In this document: positions 12,901 through 27,906 of the stretch, piece by piece
Layout of the letters: the number at the start of each line of letters is the position of its first letter
Position numbering within the stretch: the first letter of the stretch is position 1
Assembly: GCF_018350175.1 (NCBI RefSeq)
Contig: NC_058372.1
Span: forward strand, 42,098,001-42,162,000
DNA length: 64,000 nucleotides
Source of the DNA: Felis catus
Taxonomy: Eukaryota
Reading direction: 5' to 3'
Program-made: the position numbers and the translations under genes
Notes under the pieces: model-generated
Database searches by the model: none
The model's input: the letters and a program-made list of their open reading frames with translations, nothing else
What the model was told of the DNA's origin: nothing

Positions 12901-13455
12901 AAAAACAAAAAACAAACAAACAAAAAAAAAACAAACAAAAAGCATAGTACTAACAATCAAGTGGGTGAGAGTTGTGAGATTTCTCATGTCCCAACAGGAT
13001 GTGGAAACTGAGGCAAAGAGGTGGGGCCCAGGCTGGTCATGCAGACTGGCTCAATTGTCCCACATCTCTAAACATCAGGTCCATTGGCCTGTGAGGATGT
13101 CAGTTTAGGGTATTCCCCACTCCCCCCCCCCCACCCCCGCCGGAGTTCAGAGATTATAGGCGTCATGGAACTGGGAGGAACCAGAACTGACAGGACACAT
13201 CTGGCAGCCACTGACTTCCGGAAGCCAGTTTGTTCTGGGAGTTAAGGATCCAGAGCTACCCCTCACTCGTATACAACCTCTGATGTCCCGATGCCTTTGG
13301 TTGCTTGATTCATCTACTGCCTCTTAGCTCCCCTCACTGGCCTCCCTGATCCCCCTGAAAGGCCAGTGGCACAGCCTAATTGGGAGAATTCCTATTCTGA
13401 GCAGCAGCTAAGTCTCTGTGCATCCTCCAAGACCCCATTTTGCTTTAGCTAGATT

Positions 13456-13772
13456 AGGGGTCTGTAAGTCTTCTCTGTAAAAGGTAAGAGAGTAAATATT
13501 TTAGACTTCGCATGCTCTATGGTCTCTGCCACACCATCAACTCTGCCACTGCGGCATAAATGCAGGCAAAGACAACATGCAAACAAGGATGGCTATGTTT
13601 CAGTAAAACTTTATGAACACATCCGAATTTCACGTACTTTTCACAGGCCAAAACAGTATCTTTCTGTTGATTTTGTCCACAATTAAAAAAATGTAAAAAC
13701 CATTCTCACCCATAAGCCACCTAAAAGCAAGCAACAGGCCCACCAGCTGCAGGCTACAGTTGGTCAACTCTT
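13456..13772. mobile_element. MER58-like hAT-Charlie DNA transposon fossil
   Basis: ggggtctgtaag...ctgtaaaagg...agtaaatattttagactt...caactctgccactg...cagtaaaactttat...gctacagttggtcaactcttg is characteristic of MER58. Confidence 0.7.
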
Positions 13773-15825
13773 GCTTCAACTGGCTACCCTCCAACGACAG
13801 AAGGTTGGGCTGGGTCTTTGAGGCCTGGTCAGGAATAAAGGGTATCTTGGAAGCAATAGGCATTGCAAGTGCTCCTGGGAATAGGACTCCGGAGATCTAG
13901 AGGGTTTTAAGCTTTGACAGCCTCCATGGCTTCCTCCACTCTAAGTTAAGGTCAGAGCATCTTAACATGGCATTTGTGGCCCTCTGTGACCTGAACCCTG
14001 CCTGCAGGGCTACTTTTAGCTCTTCCGCCTCCTTCAGGGGCTCCTAGGCTATGGTCCTTCTGTCAGGGCTGTGCCTTTCCATGCTTTTCCCTCTTCCGGG
14101 AATAGACCTGTGTCATGGGCTGACTAGCCTTGGCCCTAAGCCTGCCCCTTCCCCAGGCTGAGGTGCCTGCCACAGCGCCCTGTGGACTGAAACCTCCGTC
14201 TTGTTTATGCATTTTTGCATCCCCAGGCACTCCCTGTGGGAGCTTAAGTTAGTGTCAGTGAGTAGAAGAAGGCTTCCAGAAGAGAAGCCTTCCAGAAATT
14301 CTGTGCTAGTGCAAGATTTGAGATCTTCCCATTAGGAGACCCACGAGGAGTCTCTGGTCCTAATACTGATCAGCATGTGATTTCTGCTCTGCTTTGGACT
14401 TGGGTCCCGGGAGGGGAGACAGCATCCCCACTCCATTCCTGGAGCAGGGAGCAAGGGTTAGTGCAACAAAGGCTCTGAGCTCACTGTCCTCATTGAAGCC
14501 TTGCTTCCCCAGTTCACAGAATGTGGAGACTCGCTTTTACCTCTTCACAGGATGGTGAAATGGTGTGAATGCTTTTTGTCAACTAGAGAGATGTTTCATT
14601 AGCTAGAGCCCTTCTGCCCAGAGGAAAAGAAGGTATATTGAGGGAGGACACTCTTGGTTTGAGATTTAGATCAGGAACAGAGAATCCTGGGGCATTTCTG
14701 GGAGCAGCACCCATACCGCTTCCCAAACCCATTAACTTCTCCCAGCCACCGGCTTCTCACACACCACAAGGAAGGAAAGAAGAGCAGGGAAAAATACAAT
14801 TGGGGTGGTGCTAAGCCTGGGGCAAGGATGAGGAAAGCAAGGATCCTTTATTCTTCAGAATTCAACACATAAAGAAAATACAAAGGAAGGAAGATGGGGC
14901 ACCAGGGCTGACGAGGGAGGGCTGTGGGGCTGGGGGTGGGGGTGAGGGAGGGGAGGAACCCCTCCCCAGCATTCCAGTGGCGGACACAGCGGGCCAAGAA
15001 AGCAGTTGATGGACACCTACAATGTCACAGAGCAGGAAGTGGCCATTCTCTTCCGGAGGAGCTGTGGGCCCAACAGGATTCCAAGATGAGGCCTTGGATA
15101 GACAAGGACAGCTTTCCATCTGAAGGGCACGCAAAAGGGGTAGAGCCAAGCGAAGTATGGCGTCCCACAGCTCCCTGGGCAGGCTAACGGCTTGGGAGCT
15201 CTGGCGCCACATCTGAAGAGGAACAATTTCTGGCAGCCTTCAACGGGCTGCTCTCTGGGAAGCGTCTTCAAGCGCCCTCCAGGAGCCCCTGCCACCCTGC
15301 AGGGGTCCCTGGAGACCCTCTGCTCCTCCGGTCTGGCAGCTGCAGGAGCGAAGAGGGCCAAAAACGAAACCAGATTGAGAAAACAGCTCGATATGCTCAC
15401 GCTGGGGAGACGCATGTCTCTGTGTTCTACACACGTGGGCGACTGCAGGAGTTGGGGAGGGTCCCCCCGGTGGCCAAGTCGTCCCCAGTCTCCGCTCGCT
15501 GAAGGCGCGTCAGCACAGCCGCCCCAACAGCCCTGTGCTATGTGATTGATGGGGAAGGGATTGGGGGAAGGTCAATCACTCCCTTTTTGCTCCATCCCAC
15601 TCCCGAGGGAGTGCCAAGCTAGCTGGGCCTGGCAGGTGGATAATAGGGTCCCGCCAGCGGCTTTAGACGGTAAATAGGATTGGGACAGCCCATCCCCTGC
15701 TCCCCGGGGACCCCGGCCGATTCCTCGGGGGTAACACAAGCAGCTGCAGAGACAGGACCAGGCCGCAGAGGGCGGGGCGGAGCCTGGAGGAAAGGGGCGG
15801 GGTGGGGGCGGTACCGCCAAGGCGG

Positions 15826-15845
15826 GTCTGGAAACTGCTGGAAGT
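15826..15845 (+). promoter_or_regulatory. HSP90AB1: Upstream HSE/STAT-like element of HSP90AB1
   Basis: gGTCtgGAAacTGCtgGAAg, an imperfect alternating nGAAn array ~700 bp upstream of the TSS, flanked by GC boxes. Confidence 0.55.
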
Positions 15846-16359
15846 AATCGCAGTACCGCCGTCGTCGCTCCTTCCGCCGGGCGCGGGCAAAGAGTCCCAC
15901 TGCTAGCCCGAGCCGGCGCCCTTCCCCCCCCACCAGGAGCCACGCCCCGCTGCAAAGCGCTGGCTCTTTCTCCTCCCCGAGGGAGGACCGGGCTCCCGGG
16001 GCTGCGTGAAGTTAGATCTCGAATTGTGTACTGTCCCTAAGGAAAGCCCTTTTCCCTTATTGGGCTGTAGGGCAGATTCTAGCAAGGAAGTGGAACCTGG
16101 GAGTCGAGGTCGGAGTGGTTGGCCTTTCTATCCACCTTTTTTGGTGTTCCTCTTGGCCAGGACACTTATGTGTGGAGGCGCCTGTATTAGAGGTTTATAG
16201 GGAGGTCAGTGGGATCCTTGCCACTAGATCCCTCGTTTATGTCATGTGAGCATTCTCAATCTCTAGTTCTTGGACGGTGGTCGAGCCTTGGCAGTGCGGA
16301 GATGCGGCCACGAAAAGCGGTACTTGCGCGTGCTCTCAGGGCGGAGACTGAGACCGGTT

Positions 16360-16505
16360 GCTTCCGCCCTTCCCCGCCCCCTCCCCTATTTTGGACCATG
16401 ACGTCAAGGTGGGCGGGCAGCGGCAGGTGCCGGGTTGACCCGCATCCTCCTTTAAGGCGGAGGGATTCGGGGACGGGCAGCTGGTCTGTGCTTCGCCGTA
16501 TATAG
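16360..16505 (+). promoter_or_regulatory. HSP90AB1: HSP90AB1 core promoter: ETS, GC box, CArG box, CRE and TATA
   Basis: CTTCCG ~16361; perfect CArG CCTATTTTGG 16385-16394; palindromic CRE TGACGTCA 16399-16406; TATATAG 16499-16505; within a CpG island (~15600-17400). Confidence 0.8.
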
Positions 16506-16527
16506 AGCCACTGGGGGCGAACAGCCG

Positions 16528-16627
16528 CTCTCTTGAGTCACCCCCGCGCAGCCTTGTTGCGGATTTTGAGCCGGACTTAGTCCCTGCTCACCTTGGTCTG
16601 TCGTGCTTACAGCTCTTCTCCTTGAAG
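16528..16627 (+). other. HSP90AB1: HSP90AB1 non-coding exon 1 (5' UTR, TOP-like pyrimidine start)
   Basis: CTCTCTT start ~29 nt downstream of TATA; ends with AAG|GTAAGG donor at 16627/16628; the next exon begins directly with the ATG at 18072. The TSS position is inferred. Confidence 0.75.
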
Positions 16628-17199
16628 GTAAGGTCATTGGTTTTTTTCAGGTGTTTCTGATTGGATTGTCCTTACGTGTTGGTTTCGTCCATCGTTTCCT
16701 TTTCAAAGCCTAGATTTTGTCGTGTTGGGGCGGTCTTGGGATAGGTCAACTCAGAATTGTTGGGGGGTGTGGATGGGACAGGGCTCTCGAGAGTTGGGCT
16801 AGTTTTTTCGTCCGTGCTTTGGTGCGGGGTTTCCCTCAGACGGCAACTGGCCGTGGGGGGAGGTGGGCCGCGGCGTGGGCTTGGGGTAGTGGGCAGCTGC
16901 ACGTGGTGTCCGCGCCGGCCCGGGACGCTGCCATGTTTGCCCCTCCACTTCCGGACGCGGCTACGGGGCGCCGGAGGGTCCCCGAGGGTGGTGGGTGTGC
17001 GCGCTGGACGTGACTCAGCACAGCCTGGTGCTGGCCTGGCTTTGCCATCTCTTCCGTGGGACGCATTTTTCCAGGGCTTTCTATTCCTTTATGTGAGGTT
17101 CTTCGGCAAGGAACGATTACGGCCGGCTCTGGCCTGCCGTTCTTTCTTTCCAGAGCTTTTCTGCAGTCCCGGTGAGGGGGAGGGGAGAGGAGGGGGCAG

Positions 17200-17275
17200 G
17201 CTCTGGAAGATTCATGGGCCCTTTCCTCCCCCGCCCCTCCCAGAGAGCTGAGATTGTTCTGGAAGCTTCTGGAGC
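17200..17275 (+). promoter_or_regulatory. HSP90AB1: Intron-1 heat shock elements of HSP90AB1
   Basis: gTTCtgGAAgcTTCtgGAGc (17256-17275) is a near-perfect four-unit HSE; gCTCtgGAAgaTTCa lies at ~17200-17214. Intronic HSEs are established for mammalian hsp90beta. Confidence 0.85.
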
Positions 17276-18071
17276 CCAGCGCCCCGCCCTGGTGCCCGGA
17301 TGCTGGGGCGAAGGGAGGCTGCGCGGTGGCGCCCCCTCCTCGCGTGGCCCTGGCCAACGCATGTCCGGCAGTGACGAGGGTCTGCCCAGCCGTCTACGGC
17401 CACCATCTTAGTTGTGTTTGGTTTCGTTCTATATTGTAGCCACATGTGTTGAGGGGTGCTTTATCCGTTCTTTGTCTTAGCCTCTTGGGCGGGTATTCAC
17501 CGGTCTCTCGGGTTATCTTCTATCCTGTGAGGCAGCAATCCCACGTGAGCTTTTGATGTGGGAGATTCTCAATTGAAGAGAGCCAATTCCGGATTACTGG
17601 CCATTTAACACAAAACCGCTCATCTTGGGCTATTGGATTTTGTAACAAAAAAGGTGGTGGACACGTGGTAGGTGGTTTTCTCCTTCACCTGAGTTTGGAT
17701 TACCTGGAGTTGTTATTCCTATTCCTGGGATGGGCCCAGTATCTGTATTTTGAACAGCCTACCAGGTGATGCTGAGGTTTTGGGTCCCACGGATCAGTTA
17801 AGAGCAGTTTGGTTTCAAAATACCTTTTCAAAAAGCTTGACCTTGTGTATTGTATTGAAGCAGCTTTTTATTTTTCTTTCTAAGTTGGATTCCCACTAAG
17901 AGAAGTCTTGAAAGAAAAGGCGCTACGGTTTTTGAGGAATACGTTCATTACCTGGATTAAAACAGCTTGGACTAAGTCTCTTGGAGTCTTCCGCTGTGAC
18001 CAGGGTGAACTTGAAGTGTTAAATGTGGAGCCATCCGGTTCTTTTCTAATTCTTGATTGTTCTCATTTTAG

Positions 18072-22263
<4,192 letters not shown>

Positions 22264-22503
22264 TTTCTACCTGCAGACCTGTGCCCTCTGTATAGTGTCC
22301 CCATGGCTTCCCAGCAGCCCTGAGTGGCCTCAGTTCACCTGGTTCCTTCTGCTGATGTCTAGTGTTTTGTTTTTTTTTCCCCTCCTGTCTTTGTCTGAGG
22401 CAGGATACAAGGTCCTCAGGCCTATCCCTTCCTATATTTGACGGGGGGTTTGGATGTGTACTGTGGTTTTTTGTTTATTTTGTTCTGAAGTTAAAGTATG
22501 CAA

Positions 22504-22509
22504 AATAAA
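22504..22509 (+). terminator. HSP90AB1: HSP90AB1 polyadenylation signal AATAAA
   Basis: AATAAA 240 nt after the stop, followed by T/GT-rich sequence. Confidence 0.85.
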
Positions 22510-23397
22510 GAAAATACAGTTTTATACAGTTCTGCTTTCCCTTGTAAAGTGGATCTGGTGCCTTTTGCGTTTCCTTTGCTTTCCTATTTCAAGTTGTACC
22601 TGCTTTCATCCTGGTAATCGGTTACTCTGGTACATTGAAAGCTAAAGTCACTTGTAACCGTCTAGCAGTTCTGAAGTCCCCCAACATTGACTCTAAAGGG
22701 TGGCCACAAACCAGCATGTAATACTCTGTCCCCTTCCTAAAGCACATACTTCAGTCAATGAAAACACGGGACTCGAGACCATTGCAGCAATTTAATTTAA
22801 TAAAATAAAATTAGAGCAAAAAGTTAACATTTCCAAAGTACCAAAACCTGCAATGGGCTCTTGGAGCAGAGCCTGGGGATCCAGGAGCAGAGGGTGGTGG
22901 TGCTGGGTAGGGCCCTCCTGTCCTTCTCCCCCAGCACAGCACCGTCTTTCAGGGACTCCCGGGAAAGCAGCACTTGGAGCCTACAACACTTGTGCTTTTC
23001 TCACCAGAGTAAGTTCCATAGGTCTCTGGGAGGGAGTCTGCACGGGTGGGCCATTCAAGGGAGGGGACAAGCACAGCTGTGTTGGTGGCAGAGCCCACAG
23101 GGCAAGACTTCAGGGAATTTGGAGAGGGGCCTTAGAAGGTGCTTCTGCCTTCTCGGCAAGCCCCTCCCACCCATTGAGGAAGGTCCTCTACCTTGGGGCT
23201 CAGAAGAATCCCTACTGGAGGACGGGTGACTTAAGGCAAAGGGGAAGGCTGACTCCTGGACTCAACCCCAACCTGCAGAGCTGGTTTGTGATACTAAAAG
23301 CCTGCATTCTGACCTTGAGCCAGCCGCCTCAAAAGTTACAGTAGGAGAGGAAAACTGGTATGGTGAGGTTCTTGTTGGACTTCATCTCTCAGGCCCC

Positions 23398-26146
23398 TCA
23401 AACTTTCTGCACAGGGGACTCGACAGGCACAGCCTTCTTACCCCGTTGCTTTAGTCGGCCCCGGGCATAGACTCTGAGGAGGAGGGCAGCAAAGACCACA
23501 GCCACCCCCAGACCCCCCACCACAGTGACTGTGTGGCCGTAGAGGAGGCAGGAGAGGAGGATGGCGAAGGCCTGGCGGAGGGTCATGATGATGGTGAAGA
23601 CGGCGGCCCCGAACTGCCCGATGGTGTAGAAGATGAAGAGCTGGCCGCATGCAGAGCAGACGGAGAGCAGCAGGGCATGCGCAGCAAATTCACTGTGTCG
23701 CCCCATGAAGCGGGTCCCCTCCAGGAGGGCCCCCTGCTCTAGCAGGGAGCCCACCGTGAAGAGGCAGGAGAAGAAATTGACCCCAAACATCATCTGCACC
23801 GAAGACATCTTATAGGCGAACAGGGCATCCTGCCAGTTTGAGGTGAAGCTGTCAAAGGCGATGTAGCCTGCCAGCAGGATGAGGCCGGACAGGGTGGTGG
23901 CCGGGGAGCTGCGGGGCTCCGGTCCGCTGGACAGCAGGAACATGCTGACCCCGATGGAGATGAGGCCGGCCGTCAGGTATTCCCAGTGTTCGTAGCTGCG
24001 CCGGGACACCAACTTTCCCATCAGCATGACAGGGATCACCTTAGAGGCCTTGGCCAGCACCTGGGTGGGAAAGCTGACGAACTTGAGAGCTTCGTACTGA
24101 CACCAGCTGCTGAGCACGTTTGACAGGCTGGCAAAGGAGTACCGGTACATGGGTGCCCCGTGCCGGGGCTGCTTACAGAGGATGCAGCAGAGGCCAGCCA
24201 CCAGCAGGGCCAGCACCCGGTTCATCAGCACCAGGAACTGGGAGTCCGTGAAGCGCTCACCTGGCGAGGTGGCAGTAGCCCCATAGCTGCGGGTCATCAC
24301 TCTCTCCTGCAGCACTCCCCAAGTCAGGTAGGACACCTGGAGGGAGGGGCGGGGAGGAAAGAGGACCGAGAAGGTAAGAGGAGGAGAAGGTGGCCCGAAA
24401 GATTTCGACCTCCCTCTTCCTCAGAAAAGGTCTAGGTGATTCAAAGGACAGCATACATATGTTGGTCCCTCTGTAATAACCAGAAGTTTCCTCTCCCCTC
24501 CAAAGCCTGGATTCACCTCGGAAGGATCGAGTGTGTGTGAAACGATGACAGAGGCTTTAGGCAGGCCCAGACCCTGTCTGCCCCACGGGAGGGTACGTTA
24601 AAGCAGACTCCATCCCATGTATCCTCCTGTCTATCCTCAGTGGATTGGGGGAGTAAGACTGGACACCTGTGCGGCACGTGTAGGACTAGTAGTGCCTGCT
24701 CCAAAGTGCCAAGAACTCCGTATCTTCGCTCCCTGTCACATGCAGCAGTGGGGGGAGGGCTGCGTGGCTTCCCCAAACTTTGATCAGTGGGTTAGCAGTA
24801 TACGAGACATCACTGCAGGGGGAAGGGTAGTAACGGCACAGGAGAAATCACACAAGAGGGCAAGAGGAAGGGGGAAGGACAAGACAGTGGTTATCCCGAC
24901 CACCTCTAAGATGGTGGTACTACGCGCCCCCTGGAAGAGGGGGCCATGTTAACACAGCCAGCAAACCGCGGGGGGCTGGCAGGGTGAAAACTTTGGTTCC
25001 GCACCGTACCTGTCCTGGGGCCCAGCCCAGGAAGAGAGGCAGAGCCTGCCTACCTACCTGGAGCCCTGCGGCACAGAAGAGCAGCTTCAGGGCCTGCCAA
25101 GTGGGAGTGGTCTCTGCCGGCTCCGTCCGGGAAGCCAGAGGAACCTCGTCAGAGGCCTTGGGCTCATGGCCAAACACACAAGTTTTCACCAGGGGAAAGC
25201 AGAGACCCCTGCCTAAAAAACAGGCACACGAGGTCAAGAGCCAGTATTCTCCCCAGCACCTCCTCTGGCCCAGAGCAGCCAGCGGCCCTGCTGTCAGGCC
25301 TGCGGGCATCCCTCCCTCCCTTCCCAAGCCACATCCCAATCTGGACTGCTGGTCAGCACTCGTAACAGGGACCTGGCACGCTTCCCCACCCTTTCGGCAC
25401 ACACACCTGTCTCCAGGTAGTTCTTCCGCTTGAAGTACTGCACCAGCAGGTAGCCAGGTACCATAAAGCTGGCATAGCCAGCAGCATTCACCAAAAAGCG
25501 GAAAAACCACAGCTGCGTCCATGACTCTGGAGGGGCTTCGGGGGTCTCCCCACCTGCCCCCAGGGAGGGGAGCGCAGCCAGCACCACCACTGCCCACCAC
25601 CTGCGGGGACAGCGGACGTAAGGATTAGGGTGCCGTTCCTCATCCACTCGGCCCTCCAGAGGGGACTACACTGGAGAAGGGCCCGGAGTCTCCCCGCCCC
25701 CCTCAGCTGCAGCCCAGCCCGGACAAAGAGCCTCTCTCTCTCTCCTGGGGGGGCCGGCGCGGGCCAGGCGGGGCTCCCTCCCTCCTCGGGGGCGGACCCG
25801 CCCCTCTGGCCACACAGGTTCCCTCTGTTCCCTCCAGCGCTGGCCGGCCGTTCGGGCTACAGGCGGCGCCCCCTCCTCCCACCCCGCCCTCCAGGATCCC
25901 GGAGCGCCAGGGTTCCCAACTCCTCCGCCCGACACTCCCGGACCCTCGCAAGGAGGACAAGTCCAGTCCACGCCGCGCCCCCCCCCCCCGCCCCTCCCCG
26001 CCGGCCCCGGGCTCCGCTATGCGGGCCTGCCGCCGGGCAGCTGGGACCCCACCCGGCCCCTCCGTGCCCAGCAGCGGCAGTCACGTGGCCCGGGGGCTCG
26101 GTCACGTGGGCCCGCCGCTCCCCTAGCCCCCCCACCTGGCGTCCAT
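23398..26146 (-). CDS. SLC35B2: Golgi PAPS transporter 1 (adenosine 3'-phospho 5'-phosphosulfate transporter 1), 432 aa
   Basis: Minus-strand exons 26146-26136 (ATG GAC GCC AG), 25600-25407, 25212-25058, 24336-23398; total 1299 nt. [18 protein letters not shown]...[15 protein letters not shown]...[20 protein letters not shown]...[13 protein letters not shown]. Confidence 0.98.
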
Positions 26147-26500
26147 GGTCCGGGCCGCGTGGGGCGGAGGGGGGCCGGGGAATGCGGTCCCCGGGCCGCG
26201 CGCTCCCTCCGCTCCCGCTGCCGCCTCCAGGAGCGGCCGGCGAGCGAGCGGCTAGCGGAAGTGCCGCGCTCTTCCCGCCTCCCTCCCCGCGGCCGCCCCT
26301 CCGCCCCCAGCCGCGACCAGGCAGCGCCCCGGGCCGCCGGCGGGCCACAGCGCCCCCGCGCGGCCCGGAGGGAGACGCGGCCCGGTATCCGGGAGCTGGG
26401 CCGCCCAGGGCGGGGAGCCCCCAGGCCCTACACCCGCACCCCGCTTCGTCATCGCCCTAAGTCCACACAACCAACCCGGGAGGTAGTGGTGCCCCTGCCC
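25600..26500 (-). promoter_or_regulatory. SLC35B2: SLC35B2 CpG-island promoter
   Basis: Very GC/CpG-rich; ETS/GABP-type GCGGAAGTG at ~26255-26263; GC boxes; two GTCACGTGG boxes. Confidence 0.8.
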
Positions 26501-26904
26501 TCTTGGGACAGGGACATTGACGTTGTGCGTCCCAAGCACTTCCTCTTGCGCCACCCCTTCCCCGTTTTCTGACGGGAAGATACCTCCTTCCTTTCCCCAA
26601 TGGGCTGCAGTTCTGTCCCAACTCCCCAAGACCTTCAGGCTCGGCATGACCTGGCCCGTCTACCTCACCCACTCACCCACCCTCTGCAGAGTCCCACTGG
26701 CCTGCTCTCCGTTCCTCTAATTCACCAAAGGCCTTCGCCTGAACGCTCTCCCCACATCCCTTACTCGTCCTCGTGTCCAGGTGGAGATGACAGGCCTCAC
26801 AGACCTCCCCTGACCGCCCAAAGTGTGGCCCTCCACCAACGCGTGTTCTCCACCCCACTCTTTTTTTCCCCCTCACAGAATCCACTGCAGCTTGTAATTA
26901 CATA

Positions 26905-26910
26905 TTTATT
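26905..26910 (-). terminator. NFKBIE: NFKBIE polyadenylation signal (AATAAA on the minus strand)
   Basis: TTTATT on the plus strand, ~1 kb past the NFKBIE stop and just upstream of the SLC35B2 promoter. Confidence 0.7.
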
Positions 26911-27906
26911 GGGGCGTTTGTGATTTTAATGGCTGTCTCACTCACTAGACCGTAAGATCCAAGTGGCCAGAGATTGTGTCGTTGGTTTATCCCCCTGTAT
27001 CCATATTCTCCATGTTCACCTCACAGGGACTTCAAACGTGTGTGGAATGAAAGGAAAAACACACAAAGCCACCCTCTACAGGCTGGCCTTTCTCTCCAGG
27101 GTCCTCCAGATGGCCACCTCCAGGGCAGTGGTGATGCCTCCCACCTGGGGGGGGGGGTCTTCTCATTCAGGGCAAGGGTTTGTGCTGGACAGAGAGGCCT
27201 GAGGATGGTACCCCCTCCCTCCCCCCCCCCAACACGCACTCCCTACCTAGCAGAGTCCTACCCTGCTCAAGTGGCAATTTCCTTCTGTCTCTACCATAAG
27301 GTCACAAGGCAGGCCTATCTAAAAATCCCCAATGCACGCAGACATGCACATGCGCAAAACAACTGTAGGGGGGGATCTTTATAAAGGTCTCTGCTGTTTT
27401 AGTGTCATGTTATTGAAACTTCCCCTTCCCCAGAGGGTCAGTTCAGGGCCTTCTGTGTGAAGTCTTTAAACAACAGTGTTTTTAAGAGTCCTCAACAGCA
27501 GTGAGATGGAACCCCTCAGGGTCCTGCTTGCTGATTTCAGTTTCTCTCCTCACTCAGGAGAGTCCATGTCTTCCTACTGATTGGCAGTTTCAGGCTGACC
27601 CAACGTGGGTAGAAACAAGAGCCCCTGCCGTCTTCTAGAGGCAAACAGGCTTTGCCCAGGATACCTGGGGCTTTGGGAGTCTTCAAGAATCTCCATCCAC
27701 CTGGGAAAGTCTTCCTTCCAGACTTGCCTTCTCTCACTTGTGATCCCTCCTCTCCGCTCAGGACCGTACTGGCCCCAGGCTGTGGCCTCAGCAGTCCCCA
27801 GGACACCAGAAGGGCACATTGTCAGGGCCCAGACTTCAGCAGCTGTAGCTCCGGCTTCCGGACGTGAAGAGGTGGAGTCTCCGGGGCCCCAGACTCTGCC
27901 CTGGCT

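Noticed and set aside
25630-26460. 276-aa and other ORFs in the SLC35B2 CpG island, and similar ORFs at 34003-34804 and 39779-40618
   Set aside because: Pro/Arg/Gly/Ala-rich translations of CpG islands with no splice or homology support.
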